Positions 1-8,508 of a stretch of 64,000 bases of DNA are shown here, piece by piece; the first letter of the stretch is position 1, and every line of letters begins with the position of its first letter. Made by a program: the position numbers and the translations under genes. Location of the stretch: assembly GCA_034521025.1 (NCBI GenBank), contig JAXHMZ010000003.1, forward strand, positions 79,726 to 143,725. Reading direction: 5' to 3'. Below the pieces are notes generated by a model that had not been told where the DNA came from, made no database searches, and saw only the letters and a program-made list of their open reading frames with translations. The DNA comes from Candidatus Campbellbacteria bacterium. Lineage in GTDB: Bacteria > Patescibacteriota > Minisyncoccia > Phycocordibacterales > JAXHMZ01.

Positions 1-359
1 ATTAAACCGCGCATCATAAACTTTTTATGCACAATATGCGCGTAATGTTCAGCGTTGGCAGAAGAGGGGACATCTTGAGCCAATTCCGCTAAATAGCTTC
101 GACCTCCTACTTTGGATAATTGTTTGTTCTCTTCCAATTTATTGGAAAGAGAGAGAAGGTCTATCGGCTCGCCCTTACTAAATAGCTCAAAGATCGCCTG
201 CCAAATTGTTTTATGTTTTTCAACATAAAAACTTTCATCTCTGATTATATCAACCACGTCATGCAATACTTCATTGCGAAGCATAATTGAACCCAAAAGC
301 GCCTTCTCTGACTCGATATTTTGCGGTGGAAGTAAATATTGTTTATCCTGTTCGCTCAT
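1..359 (-). CDS. dnaB: replicative DNA helicase DnaB, N-terminal part (ORF continues past window start)
   Basis: Reverse complement from ATG at 357-359 reads MSEQDKQYLLPPQNIESEKALLGSIML...SKGEPIDLLSL...VGGRSYLAELA with no stop to position 1; matches DnaB N-terminal domain. Confidence 0.8.
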   Translation of the reverse strand, partial: MSEQDKQYLLPPQNIESEKALLGSIMLRNEVLHDVVDIIRDESFYVEKHKTIWQAIFELFSKGEPIDLLSLSNKLEENKQLSKVGGRSYLAELAQDVPSSANAEHYAHIVHKKFMMRGL

Positions 360-447
360 CGTCTTATTCATATCTCTATTCTAGCACGTACTGTTGGTGC
401 CCTGGCTCGAAAAGTTGAAAGAAATGTTTATAAGCTGTGTATATTTA

Positions 448-1860
448 TTAGGAGCTAAATTTAGCGCTTTCTATCTCATAACCATCCTTTGTATCCCTCA
501 CCACAAAGCCCCGCGAGGTTATTTTATCTCGCAGTTCGTCCGCTAATTCGTAATTTTTGGCTTCTTTTGCTTTTTGTCTCTCACGTGCCAGCTCTTCTAT
601 TTCAGGAGGAACATTGTATATCTCTCGAGAGAGTTTGCTTAAGCCCAACCCAAGTATTGAATCAAACAATTCTAGTTCGTATTTTTTCTCACCACGAGGA
701 ATCGTTTCGTCTTTAATAAGCTTCCAAACAACTGCTAGAGCTTCAGCTGAATTAATGTCGTCTTCTAGGGACGCGAAAAATTCTTCCTCATAATTATTAC
801 TTTGAGACTTAGGTGTATCTCTTTCTACTTCTTTTAGCTCCGCGTAAAAATGAACCAACCTTGAAAGAGCTTTAGCAGAAGCTTCTAGTGCCTCGAAACT
901 AAAATTGATAATAGACCTATAATGAGCCTGCAGTAGTAGGTAACGATAGTGCAATGGTTCATATCCACGATCACGTAGGGTTTTCAGCCGTATAAAATTA
1001 CCTTCGGATTTTGCCATCTTTCCTTCCTTCACGTTGACAAACTCGTGGTGTAGCCAGAAGCGAGAAAAAGGTCTGCCGGTAGCGCAAACTGATTGAGCGA
1101 TCTCGTTGGTGTGGTGGACCGGAATATGGTCAATACCGCCGGTGTGTATATCAAGCGTTTCTCCGAGATACTTCATGGCCATTGCCGAGCACTCTATGTG
1201 CCAGCCGGGAAATCCAATACCCCAAGGAGAATCCCATTCTTGCTCGCGTTTTTCTTCAGGCTTTGAAAATTTCCAGAGAGCAAAATCCGTGGAGTTGCGC
1301 TTTTCCGGATTAGCTTCAACCCTGATGCCTTCTTTGAGTCCTTCTACGTCGAGATTAGACAGCTTGCCATAGTCTTCGTATTTGGCGGTATCGAAATAGA
1401 CTCCATCAGAAGTTGTGTAAGTGTAACCCTTTTCCTCTAGCGTTTTGATCAGTTCAATTTGCTCTGAAATATGATCTGTGGCTCGAGGATATTTATAGAC
1501 GTTAGACGTATCTATGTTTAAAGACTGAAGGTCATCTAAAAAAGCTTGAGTGTAGTGCTCTATTATTTCCTCTACACTCTTTTTTTCGCGTTTTGCACCT
1601 TTTTCGATCTTATCTTCGCCCTCATCTCCGTCATCAACCAGATGGCCAACATCGGTTATATTTATAACTTGCTTTACTTCATATCCATTATGTTCCAAGA
1701 GGCGACGAAGAAGATCGGCGTTCACGTAACCTCTCAAGTTACCGATATGAGCATAATCATATACAGTAGGCCCACAATTATACATTGTAACCGTTGGTGG
1801 GTTCAGCGGATAAAATTCTTCTTTTTCTCTTGTATAAGTGTTGTACAGTTTTATAGCCAT
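448..1860 (-). CDS. cysS: cysteinyl-tRNA synthetase
   Basis: 470 aa; class I HIGN motif (HIGNLRGY), KMAKSEGN (KMSKS-like), zinc-binding Cys residues; TAA stop. Confidence 0.95.
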   Translation of the reverse strand: MAIKLYNTYTREKEEFYPLNPPTVTMYNCGPTVYDYAHIGNLRGYVNADLLRRLLEHNGYEVKQVINITDVGHLVDDGDEGEDKIEKGAKREKKSVEEIIEHYTQAFLDDLQSLNIDTSNVYKYPRATDHISEQIELIKTLEEKGYTYTTSDGVYFDTAKYEDYGKLSNLDVEGLKEGIRVEANPEKRNSTDFALWKFSKPEEKREQEWDSPWGIGFPGWHIECSAMAMKYLGETLDIHTGGIDHIPVHHTNEIAQSVCATGRPFSRFWLHHEFVNVKEGKMAKSEGNFIRLKTLRDRGYEPLHYRYLLLQAHYRSIINFSFEALEASAKALSRLVHFYAELKEVERDTPKSQSNNYEEEFFASLEDDINSAEALAVVWKLIKDETIPRGEKKYELELFDSILGLGLSKLSREIYNVPPEIEELARERQKAKEAKNYELADELRDKITSRGFVVRDTKDGYEIESAKFSS

Positions 1861-2834
1861 CTCTTATAGCGGAAGATTACATAGAAAACTAAACCGGTAA
1901 ATGCCATTATAGCAAGGATATACCAAAACCCGTTTGGATCACTTACCAGTGGAGTACTTTCTGTATTCATACCAAATATTCCAGCGACAACTGAGAGGGG
2001 AAAAGTAATGAAAGCCAGAATAGTAAAAGTCTTCATTACTTCGTTCTGCTTTGTTACAAGCAAAGCATCATTGGTTTTTCTAAGTTCGTCGACCAAGCCT
2101 CGGTTAGACTTGGCCTTTTCAACTACTTTATCATATTCAGAATATATAGACTCACTCACATCGCTCGCGTCTTTTTCTAAGAAGCTCGAAAGCGCGACAC
2201 TCAGATCTTCGAGTAAGTTCTTGTGTGTAGCGAGAGTTTGCTCAATAACCAGTAAATTTAGGCTTTCACGAGAAAGTTTTTCTACCGCACTAGCTTCATT
2301 GCCATCAAAAATATGTGCTTCTATCTCAAGCAATTCATCTCTCTGAAATTCGATCTCGTATAAAACAGATCTGTAAAGCTTGCGCACTATTCTATAGAAA
2401 ACACTGGAAACATTTTCTCCCACGTCTTCATTGCTCGTTATTTCTTCTACCTCAAACGTTTTGGCCAGCTTGTGTAATGGATCGATAGTGTCATAATGGT
2501 TCGTTATCAGAAAATCTCCACCGAGAACAAAGTTAACCTCCTGAAGCTTGTCGTCATTATGCGAGTGCTTCAAAGCGGGGAAGTAGAGAGCTACATACAA
2601 CGTTCCGTTAAAGCGCCGCATGTATGGCTTGAAGCTACGAGTACTGAGCTCTTCTCCAAGACGGAAATCCAAATCAAACTCCTCCACTAAAGAATTTATC
2701 TCTTCGTCGCTAGGTATTTCACTATCTACCCAGGTAACACCCTTGTGGCTATATCTATGTAACATTGCCCTAAGTATACAGAGAGACTCGTTTGACCTCA
2801 AGTTGACGCTTTGCGATAATAGTTTGGTATGCAA
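1851..2834 (-). CDS. corA: CorA-family Mg2+/Co2+ transporter
   Basis: 327 aa; C-terminal two-TM region with GMN motif (IFGMNTE); typical CorA length. Confidence 0.85.
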   Translation of the reverse strand: MHTKLLSQSVNLRSNESLCILRAMLHRYSHKGVTWVDSEIPSDEEINSLVEEFDLDFRLGEELSTRSFKPYMRRFNGTLYVALYFPALKHSHNDDKLQEVNFVLGGDFLITNHYDTIDPLHKLAKTFEVEEITSNEDVGENVSSVFYRIVRKLYRSVLYEIEFQRDELLEIEAHIFDGNEASAVEKLSRESLNLLVIEQTLATHKNLLEDLSVALSSFLEKDASDVSESIYSEYDKVVEKAKSNRGLVDELRKTNDALLVTKQNEVMKTFTILAFITFPLSVVAGIFGMNTESTPLVSDPNGFWYILAIMAFTGLVFYVIFRYKRWL

Positions 2835-3110
2835 AATAGCAAATTCAACTTTTGGCCTTCAGCCATAATGATAGCAGTGCTTGTAACTAGCTCTTTTTTT
2901 GTTGGTTTTTTTGTCGGAAATGACCAAACAGACGATATTGAACGCGTAACTGAAGTTGACAACAAGACTTCTTCCGAGACACAAATCGACTTCTCTCCGT
3001 ATTGGAAAGCTTGGAGAATACTGAACGAAAAGCACATAGAAGGTGAAGGGTACAGAAAACGAGAAAAAGCTATGGTCTTCTATAAAGGGCTTAGCCGAAG
3101 CCTACGATGA
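2829..3110 (+). CDS. C-terminal processing protease, N-terminal fragment (signal/TM anchor); out of frame with downstream body
   Basis: 93 aa with N-terminal TM and YWKAWRILNEKHIE (typical Ctp N-region); ends in TGA at 3108-3110 in a different frame from the 3043 ORF. Confidence 0.55.
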   Translation: MQNSKFNFWPSAIMIAVLVTSSFFVGFFVGNDQTDDIERVTEVDNKTSSETQIDFSPYWKAWRILNEKHIEGEGYRKREKAMVFYKGLSRSLR

Positions 3111-4047
3111 TCCATACACTACTTTTTTCCCGCCAAAGGAAGCAAAAGAATTTGAAATGGAGATCAGCGGAAATTTTGAAGGAGTAGGAATGGAAGTGGG
3201 CGTTAAGGATGAAGTATTAACCGTTATAGCACCTCTAAAGGGAACTCCGGCCGAGAAAGCCGGTGTCGAAGCGGGGGATAAAATACTTCAAATAGATGAA
3301 ACACCCACATACAACCTAACGATCGATGAAGCCGTCGATATGATCCGAGGAGAGAAGGGAACCGAGGTCGTACTAACTGTCGCTCGTGAAGGTGAAAGCG
3401 AGACAATTGAGATCCCTATAACACGAGGGGTAATACAAATACCAACCATAGATACAGAACTACGCAATGATGGAGTGTTCGTAATATCACTTTATAATTT
3501 TTCGGGCAATGCTACTTCCGCGTTTGAGGAGGCTCTCAAAGAGTTTGTAGAAACTGATTCTGAAAAACTTATTTTGGACCTGCGCGGCAATCCGGGCGGA
3601 TATCTGCAAGCAGCGGTAGAAATGGCTAGTTACTTCCTAGATAGCGGGGAGGTTGTCGTGCGCGAAACAGGAAGAGGAGGCGAAGAGGTAGAAGTCTATC
3701 GCAGTAAAGGATACGATATTTTTGATCAAGAATTGGATATGGTCGTATTGGTTAACCGTGGCTCTGCATCTGCCTCAGAGATCTTAGCTGGAGCACTTTC
3801 AGAAAACAACGTGGCCACGCTGGTAGGAGAAAAAACTTTCGGCAAAGGATCGGTTCAAGAAGTGGTTGAAATAACACCCGAGACATCGTTAAAGGTTACA
3901 ATCGCAAAGTGGCTAACGCCAAACGGAGTATCCTTCTCAGAGGAAGGTCTTACGCCCGACGTAGAGGTTGAACTGAATTCTGATGAGCTCAACTCAGGAA
4001 ACGACAAACAAATGGAACGCGCTGTTGAATTACTTCTAGAAAATTGA
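3043..4047 (+). CDS. ctp: carboxyl-terminal processing protease (S41 peptidase, PDZ domain)
   Basis: 334 aa; PDZ segment, DLRGNPGGYL and NRGSASASEILAGAL motifs of S41 family; ORF track start is GTG, true N-terminus likely in the 2829 ORF (frameshift). Confidence 0.85.
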   Translation: MKGTENEKKLWSSIKGLAEAYDDPYTTFFPPKEAKEFEMEISGNFEGVGMEVGVKDEVLTVIAPLKGTPAEKAGVEAGDKILQIDETPTYNLTIDEAVDMIRGEKGTEVVLTVAREGESETIEIPITRGVIQIPTIDTELRNDGVFVISLYNFSGNATSAFEEALKEFVETDSEKLILDLRGNPGGYLQAAVEMASYFLDSGEVVVRETGRGGEEVEVYRSKGYDIFDQELDMVVLVNRGSASASEILAGALSENNVATLVGEKTFGKGSVQEVVEITPETSLKVTIAKWLTPNGVSFSEEGLTPDVEVELNSDELNSGNDKQMERAVELLLEN

Positions 4048-4077
4048 TAGTATCGAGACTCATAAGCAAACAGATAT

Positions 4078-4524
4078 ATGAAAGTAATACTATTATCATC
4101 AATACCGAAAGTAGGGAACGTAAATGACATCGTTGACGTTAGTGAGGGGTACGCTATGAACAATCTTATCCCTAAGGGCTTGGCACGTTCTGCCAGTGAT
4201 AAGAATGTTTCGGCGATAGAGAAGCAAATAAAAGAAAATAAAGCCAAAGACGAAGTTCGTAAAAACGAGACCGCCCAAACCATTCGATCTCTCGATAAGG
4301 AGAGCTTCACAGTGAAAGCAAGTGCCAGCGAAAAAGGGACTTTGTTCTCTTCTATTTCCGCAACTGATCTATCTACACAGATCAAGGAGGATAAGGGGAT
4401 TGATATTGACTCATCTTACATTGAACTAGATCAGCCGATAAAAGAAACCGGCGAGCATAAGGTAGAGATAGCTATCGAGGACACGAAAGCTACGATAGTG
4501 GTTAATATAGAACCATCAGAGTAG
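4078..4524 (+). CDS. rplI: 50S ribosomal protein L9
   Basis: 148 aa; MKVILL...NLIPKGLA N-terminal L9 signature. Confidence 0.9.
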   Translation: MKVILLSSIPKVGNVNDIVDVSEGYAMNNLIPKGLARSASDKNVSAIEKQIKENKAKDEVRKNETAQTIRSLDKESFTVKASASEKGTLFSSISATDLSTQIKEDKGIDIDSSYIELDQPIKETGEHKVEIAIEDTKATIVVNIEPSE

Positions 4525-4548
4525 TAAAATATAAAATAATTTGGCAAC

Positions 4549-4582
4549 AAAAAAGCTCTGTGTGACAGAGCTTTTTTGTTTT
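4549..4582. terminator. bidirectional intrinsic terminator between rplI(+) and rpmA(-)
   Basis: perfect hairpin AAAAAAGCTCTGT-GTG-ACAGAGCTTTTTT flanked by A/T tracts on both strands. Confidence 0.7.
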
Positions 4583-4595
4583 TTAATATATTCTA

Positions 4596-4868
4596 TTACA
4601 GAACACTCACCCTCTTTTTGCGAGATGTAGTACCGTTAAAATTACGCTTGCGAACTTCTTCAAAAGAAACCTTTCCGGCTCTACGTGCGTAAATTGTATG
4701 ATCTTTACCCAAAGAGACATTTTGTCCCGGCATTATTTTTGTTCCACGTTGACGCACTATAATAGACCCCTCTTTGGCGCTTTCACCCTCATAGAGTTTG
4801 GTACCTAAATACTGTGGATTTGAGTCAGTGAGGTTTTTTGCCGAACCTCCGGCTTTTCTGTGAGCCAT
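4596..4868 (-). CDS. rpmA: 50S ribosomal protein L27
   Basis: 90 aa; MAHRKAGGS...QRG signature of L27. Confidence 0.95.
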   Translation of the reverse strand: MAHRKAGGSAKNLTDSNPQYLGTKLYEGESAKEGSIIVRQRGTKIMPGQNVSLGKDHTIYARRAGKVSFEEVRKRNFNGTTSRKKRVSVL

Positions 4869-4907
4869 AAATAATAATTAGATTTAGGGTATAATTGAAT
4901 TACAGGC

Positions 4908-5336
4908 ATGAGTATACAAAAAAACAGCAATAATAGCAATACTAATGATGAAGAAAACATTGGATCTATTCACACTTCAATAATAGTAATTTTGCTTGTA
5001 CTTTTTGTAAGTTTTTCCGCCTTTGCTTTGGGCAGATTATCTGCTGAAAAAAATAGCAGCAAAGGCCTGGTTGTTGAAACAGTTCCGCCTAATATCTTTA
5101 AAGAAAAGGGAAGTAACAACGGAATAGAAGACGAGAAAGCAAGTCAAGGCGGTTCAGAAGAGGAGGTGGCTGAAGATCGTTTTTTAGTTGGCTCTAAAAA
5201 CTCAGATAAATATCACTTTCCTTGGTGTAGCGGAGCCAAAAGGATCAATGAAGAGAATTTGATCAGTTTCTCTTCATACGAGGAAGCCAAAAACGCTGGT
5301 TACGTAGCGGCACAAAATTGTGATGGGCTTGAATAG
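4908..5336 (+). CDS. membrane-anchored hypothetical protein with C-terminal Ada-like Zn-binding (YHxxxC...N..F.S.EEA..AGY...C) domain
   Basis: 142 aa; N-terminal TM helix, low-complexity linker, C-terminal YHFPWCSGAKRINEENLISFSSYEEAKNAGYVAAQNC resembling the Ada metal-binding domain. Confidence 0.55.
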   Translation: MSIQKNSNNSNTNDEENIGSIHTSIIVILLVLFVSFSAFALGRLSAEKNSSKGLVVETVPPNIFKEKGSNNGIEDEKASQGGSEEEVAEDRFLVGSKNSDKYHFPWCSGAKRINEENLISFSSYEEAKNAGYVAAQNCDGLE

Positions 5337-5370
5337 TTATATGCTACACTGGAGTTAAATTTTCAACTTT

Positions 5371-5964
5371 ATGATCGTTATCGATGTAGAAACCACTGGA
5401 CTCGATCCTAACCGGCATGCCGTTGTCTCATTGGGTGCAGTAGATTTTGAAAATCCGGAGCACACTTTTTATAGTGAATGCCGCGTTTTTGAGGACGCAG
5501 AAATAGACGAACAAGCATTGATAGTAAATGGGTTTTCAAAAGAAGACATTCTAAACCCATCAAAAGAAGAGCCTAAAGTGCTGCTTTTGGCGTTTCGGGA
5601 ATTTGCCAAACTATGCAAAGACGCAACGCTCGCCGGACAGAATCCAGGTTTTGATCTTAGGTTTCTTGAGAAAGCCGCACTGCGCGAACATATTGACTGG
5701 CAATTTGCTCGTCATGCGATTGATTTACATACTCTTTGCTACGCCCATATGCGCATGCATAAAAAACCTATTCCACTAAAAAACAACCACAGTGCACTTA
5801 ATTTAGCGCGCATTTTGGAATATGTAGGACTCAATAATATAGACGTACCACATCACGCATTAGAAGACGCTCGACTGACCGCTGAGTGTATATCTAGGTT
5901 AATATACAACAAACCTCTTTTTAGTGAATTTAAATCTCTCGAAATACCAAATTGGGTAACATAA
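5371..5964 (+). CDS. DEDDh 3-prime-5-prime exonuclease (DnaQ-like)
   Basis: 197 aa; MIVIDVETTGLDP exo I motif, later H..EDA motif. Confidence 0.8.
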   Translation: MIVIDVETTGLDPNRHAVVSLGAVDFENPEHTFYSECRVFEDAEIDEQALIVNGFSKEDILNPSKEEPKVLLLAFREFAKLCKDATLAGQNPGFDLRFLEKAALREHIDWQFARHAIDLHTLCYAHMRMHKKPIPLKNNHSALNLARILEYVGLNNIDVPHHALEDARLTAECISRLIYNKPLFSEFKSLEIPNWVT

Positions 5965-5965
5965 T

Positions 5966-5994
5966 AAAAACAGCACTTATTGTGCTGTTTTTAT
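5966..5994. terminator. bidirectional intrinsic terminator
   Basis: AAAACAGCAC-TTATT-GTGCTGTTTTT hairpin between convergent genes. Confidence 0.65.
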
Positions 5995-6019
5995 GTCTTT
6001 GTCCTTTTAGTTCTTAAGA

Positions 6020-6853
6020 CTATGCTTCCTCTTCAGTCTCTTCTTCGTCTGAATTACCCGATTCTTCTTCCGTCTCTTTTTCGCCGTTCTCGCTTTCTTC
6101 TTCAACTGCTTGGATCTCATCTCCCACAATCTGGATCAGCTGTGAGTAGCTATTGTACTGAACGCTACGACCGTTGAGAAAGAAGGTGGGCGTTCCAGTG
6201 GCACCAAGCCGCTGAGCGGAAGCTAAGTCTTCATCTATGCGTTCCTTAACTTCATCGGAAGAAAATGCATTTTCATATTCTTCCATATCAAGACCAATTT
6301 CTTCGGCGTATCCAGCAAAAATATCTTCTGCATTGTTGGCGCTAGACCATTCGTCTTGATTCTCAAACAGCATATCCTGCATAGCAAAGAATTCACCTTG
6401 TGCGCCCGCTGCTTCGGCTGCGCGCGCCGCAGCGTAGGCATTATCATGTATAGATACCAGTGGCAGGTGTCTGTACACTACACGTACGTCATCACCATAC
6501 TGCTCAATGATATCCTGTACTACCGGATGAGCTTGTCTGCAGCCCGGACATTGAAAATCAGCGTACTCAACCAAAGTCACCTCGGCGTCAGGATTGCCAC
6601 TTATCCACTCGTCTTCAGCAATAGAGATGTCCTGCGTCCCTCCGTTATCTAAAGCGTCGTCTGAGGAGAAAAGATTACCCACAAACAAAACCAAGCCGGC
6701 CCCTAGAAGCGCGATAAAACCCCACACAAAGACATTTTGCATAAACGCATCTTGTTTTTCCTTCTTAGCTTCTTCAGCTTTTCGTTCCAGCTTTTCGGCT
6801 CTTTTTTGGTTTCTGCGTTCTTTTTTTGATAATTGCTCTTCGTTTTCTGGCAT
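6020..6853 (-). CDS. DsbA-like thiol:disulfide oxidoreductase, membrane anchored, acidic C-tail
   Basis: 277 aa; TM helix, CPGC thioredoxin active site, DsbA-like fold region; E-rich C-terminus. Confidence 0.8.
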   Translation of the reverse strand: MPENEEQLSKKERRNQKRAEKLERKAEEAKKEKQDAFMQNVFVWGFIALLGAGLVLFVGNLFSSDDALDNGGTQDISIAEDEWISGNPDAEVTLVEYADFQCPGCRQAHPVVQDIIEQYGDDVRVVYRHLPLVSIHDNAYAAARAAEAAGAQGEFFAMQDMLFENQDEWSSANNAEDIFAGYAEEIGLDMEEYENAFSSDEVKERIDEDLASAQRLGATGTPTFFLNGRSVQYNSYSQLIQIVGDEIQAVEEESENGEKETEEESGNSDEEETEEEA

Positions 6854-6903
6854 ATATTTGTATTAAATCTGTTAGTATTAAACCACTCAGACATAATACC
6901 AAA

Positions 6904-7371
6904 ATGAATAAAAAACGAAACTACTGGCTAATGAAAAGCGAGCCAAACACTTATTCGATAGATGATCTTAAACAAGATAAAGTAACTGCCTGGGATGGCG
7001 TCAGGAATTATCAAGCCCGCAATTTTATGCGTGACGATATGAAAAAAGGTGACCTTGTTTTGTTTTATCACTCAAACGCCAAACCACCTGGAGTAGTCGG
7101 AGTAGGGGAGGTGTCTAGTAAAAGCTATCCAGATCCGACACAATTTGATGAAAATAGCCAATATTTTGATGCTAAGGCAACAAGAGACAAACCGCGATGG
7201 TTTTTGGTCGATATAAAATACAAGAAAAAATTTAAAGAGGTGATCTCGCTAGAATATATTAAATCTTTAAAAAAATTCTCAGATATGGAACTTACAAAGA
7301 AGGGAAGTAGGCTATCGGTCCAGCCGGTCAAAAAGCATCATTTTGACGCACTCGTGAAGAAGGGCCGCTAA
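6904..7371 (+). CDS. EVE (PUA-like) domain protein
   Basis: starts at ATG 6904 (MNKKRNYWLMKSEPNTYSIDDL...); EVE-domain signature WLMKSEP...W.GVRN. Confidence 0.75.
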   Translation: MNKKRNYWLMKSEPNTYSIDDLKQDKVTAWDGVRNYQARNFMRDDMKKGDLVLFYHSNAKPPGVVGVGEVSSKSYPDPTQFDENSQYFDAKATRDKPRWFLVDIKYKKKFKEVISLEYIKSLKKFSDMELTKKGSRLSVQPVKKHHFDALVKKGR

Positions 7372-7469
7372 AGATATTGTGCGACATACAATTTATGTTG
7401 TTTGTGGATATTTAATATATGTTTGCTATACTTCTTCGGGGTAAATAAAGAAACACCGGGAGTGATAAA

Positions 7470-7625
7470 GTGACAAACGAGACGAAAGTCTGCTTTAAAC
7501 ACGGCCGTCTCGAGATCAAGGAAGGCGAGTGGGTGCAACTATCCGAGAAGGAAGAGAAGCTTTATAGAACTCTTGAGAATCTAGGCCTAGAGACAAGAGA
7601 CACAAAGTGCGATAGATGTAAGTAA
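7470..7625 (+). CDS. small hypothetical protein, possible zinc ribbon (51 aa)
   Basis: GTG start after GGGAG; MTNETKVCFKHG...TKCDRCK with CxxH...CxxC; followed by terminator hairpin; below ORF-track size cutoff. Confidence 0.3.
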   Translation: MTNETKVCFKHGRLEIKEGEWVQLSEKEEKLYRTLENLGLETRDTKCDRCK

Positions 7626-7680
7626 AAAATTTCAAAAGAAAAGTTCTTTGTACAAAGTACAAAATTCAGTCTGCACCAAT

Positions 7681-7714
7681 AGCCTCACTTCATAGAAGGG
7701 GGCTATTTTTGTAT
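7681..7714 (+). terminator. intrinsic terminator
   Basis: AATAGCC...GGCTATTTTTG hairpin plus T tract. Confidence 0.55.
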
Positions 7715-7804
7715 TTGATAAACGACGGATTTGATCGGTAGGGAGATAGGTAAAATAAAATATTAGATGTCGTACAATATATCTTTTGCGACATCACATA
7801 ATAA

Positions 7805-7846
7805 AAATATACCTCGGCTAATTTATTCTACCGAGGTATTTTATCG
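7805..7846. terminator. bidirectional intrinsic terminator downstream of 7862..8386(-)
   Basis: ATACCTCGG-loop-CCGAGGTAT with T-rich flanks both sides. Confidence 0.6.
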
Positions 7847-7861
7847 CTTTTATTCAAGTGA

Positions 7862-8386
7862 TCAACAACTGGCCAATTCCTCTATAATACTTTCGGGCAT
7901 TTTACTGAATGAGTTCGGATCTTTTTTCATTTGTATGTACTGGTTTTCAACTCTATAAGCTTGCGCTTCAGCCTGTCCTTCGCAATCGTACCTCTTCCGT
8001 TTTAGAAATTGGGCGTGGTGAACTAATTCGTGAACTAAGTACTTATTACCTGTATCATCCGTATAATCGATTTCCTCTCTTAAAACAATGTAGTTGTACC
8101 TATTCCTATAAGTAAGGCTAATGCTAGACGCTGTGTCTACGTGAGGATCATCGGAGTCAAAGTAAAAAACCGGTATTTGGCTTATATGATACGTAGTATT
8201 CTCGTTAAGCCAAGTGATCAACTCCAACATCACATCTCTGGTTTCTTTGTATTTTTTTGTTTTTGATTGCAAATGTTGTTTGGTTAAAACAGACAACTGT
8301 AGAAGTTTGGGGCCGATCAATTGAAAACAGACCAGAAAAACAATAAATGAGTAGATGAAAACCGCAAACTTTCTCACAGTGAACAC
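7862..8386 (-). CDS. membrane-anchored putative zinc metallopeptidase-like protein (HExxH)
   Basis: 174 aa; N-terminal TM; YLVHELVHHAQF HExxH motif with downstream E/Q-rich helix; GTG start with AAGGAGAA SD. Confidence 0.55.
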   Translation of the reverse strand: MFTVRKFAVFIYSFIVFLVCFQLIGPKLLQLSVLTKQHLQSKTKKYKETRDVMLELITWLNENTTYHISQIPVFYFDSDDPHVDTASSISLTYRNRYNYIVLREEIDYTDDTGNKYLVHELVHHAQFLKRKRYDCEGQAEAQAYRVENQYIQMKKDPNSFSKMPESIIEELASC

Positions 8387-8508
8387 TTCTCCTTCCTTGT
8401 GGTGAACTCAAACTCCCTACCCTTCCCTATGATTAGTTTACAATATAAACTAATTCTGTCAAATTCTGTGAAACTTTATCTCTACTCTTTATTGTTAATT
8501 TAATTAAA

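Noticed and set aside
489-1372. Plus-strand ORFs (75, 78, 88 aa) inside cysS
   Set aside because: Antisense to a well-supported cysS CDS, with low-complexity translations.
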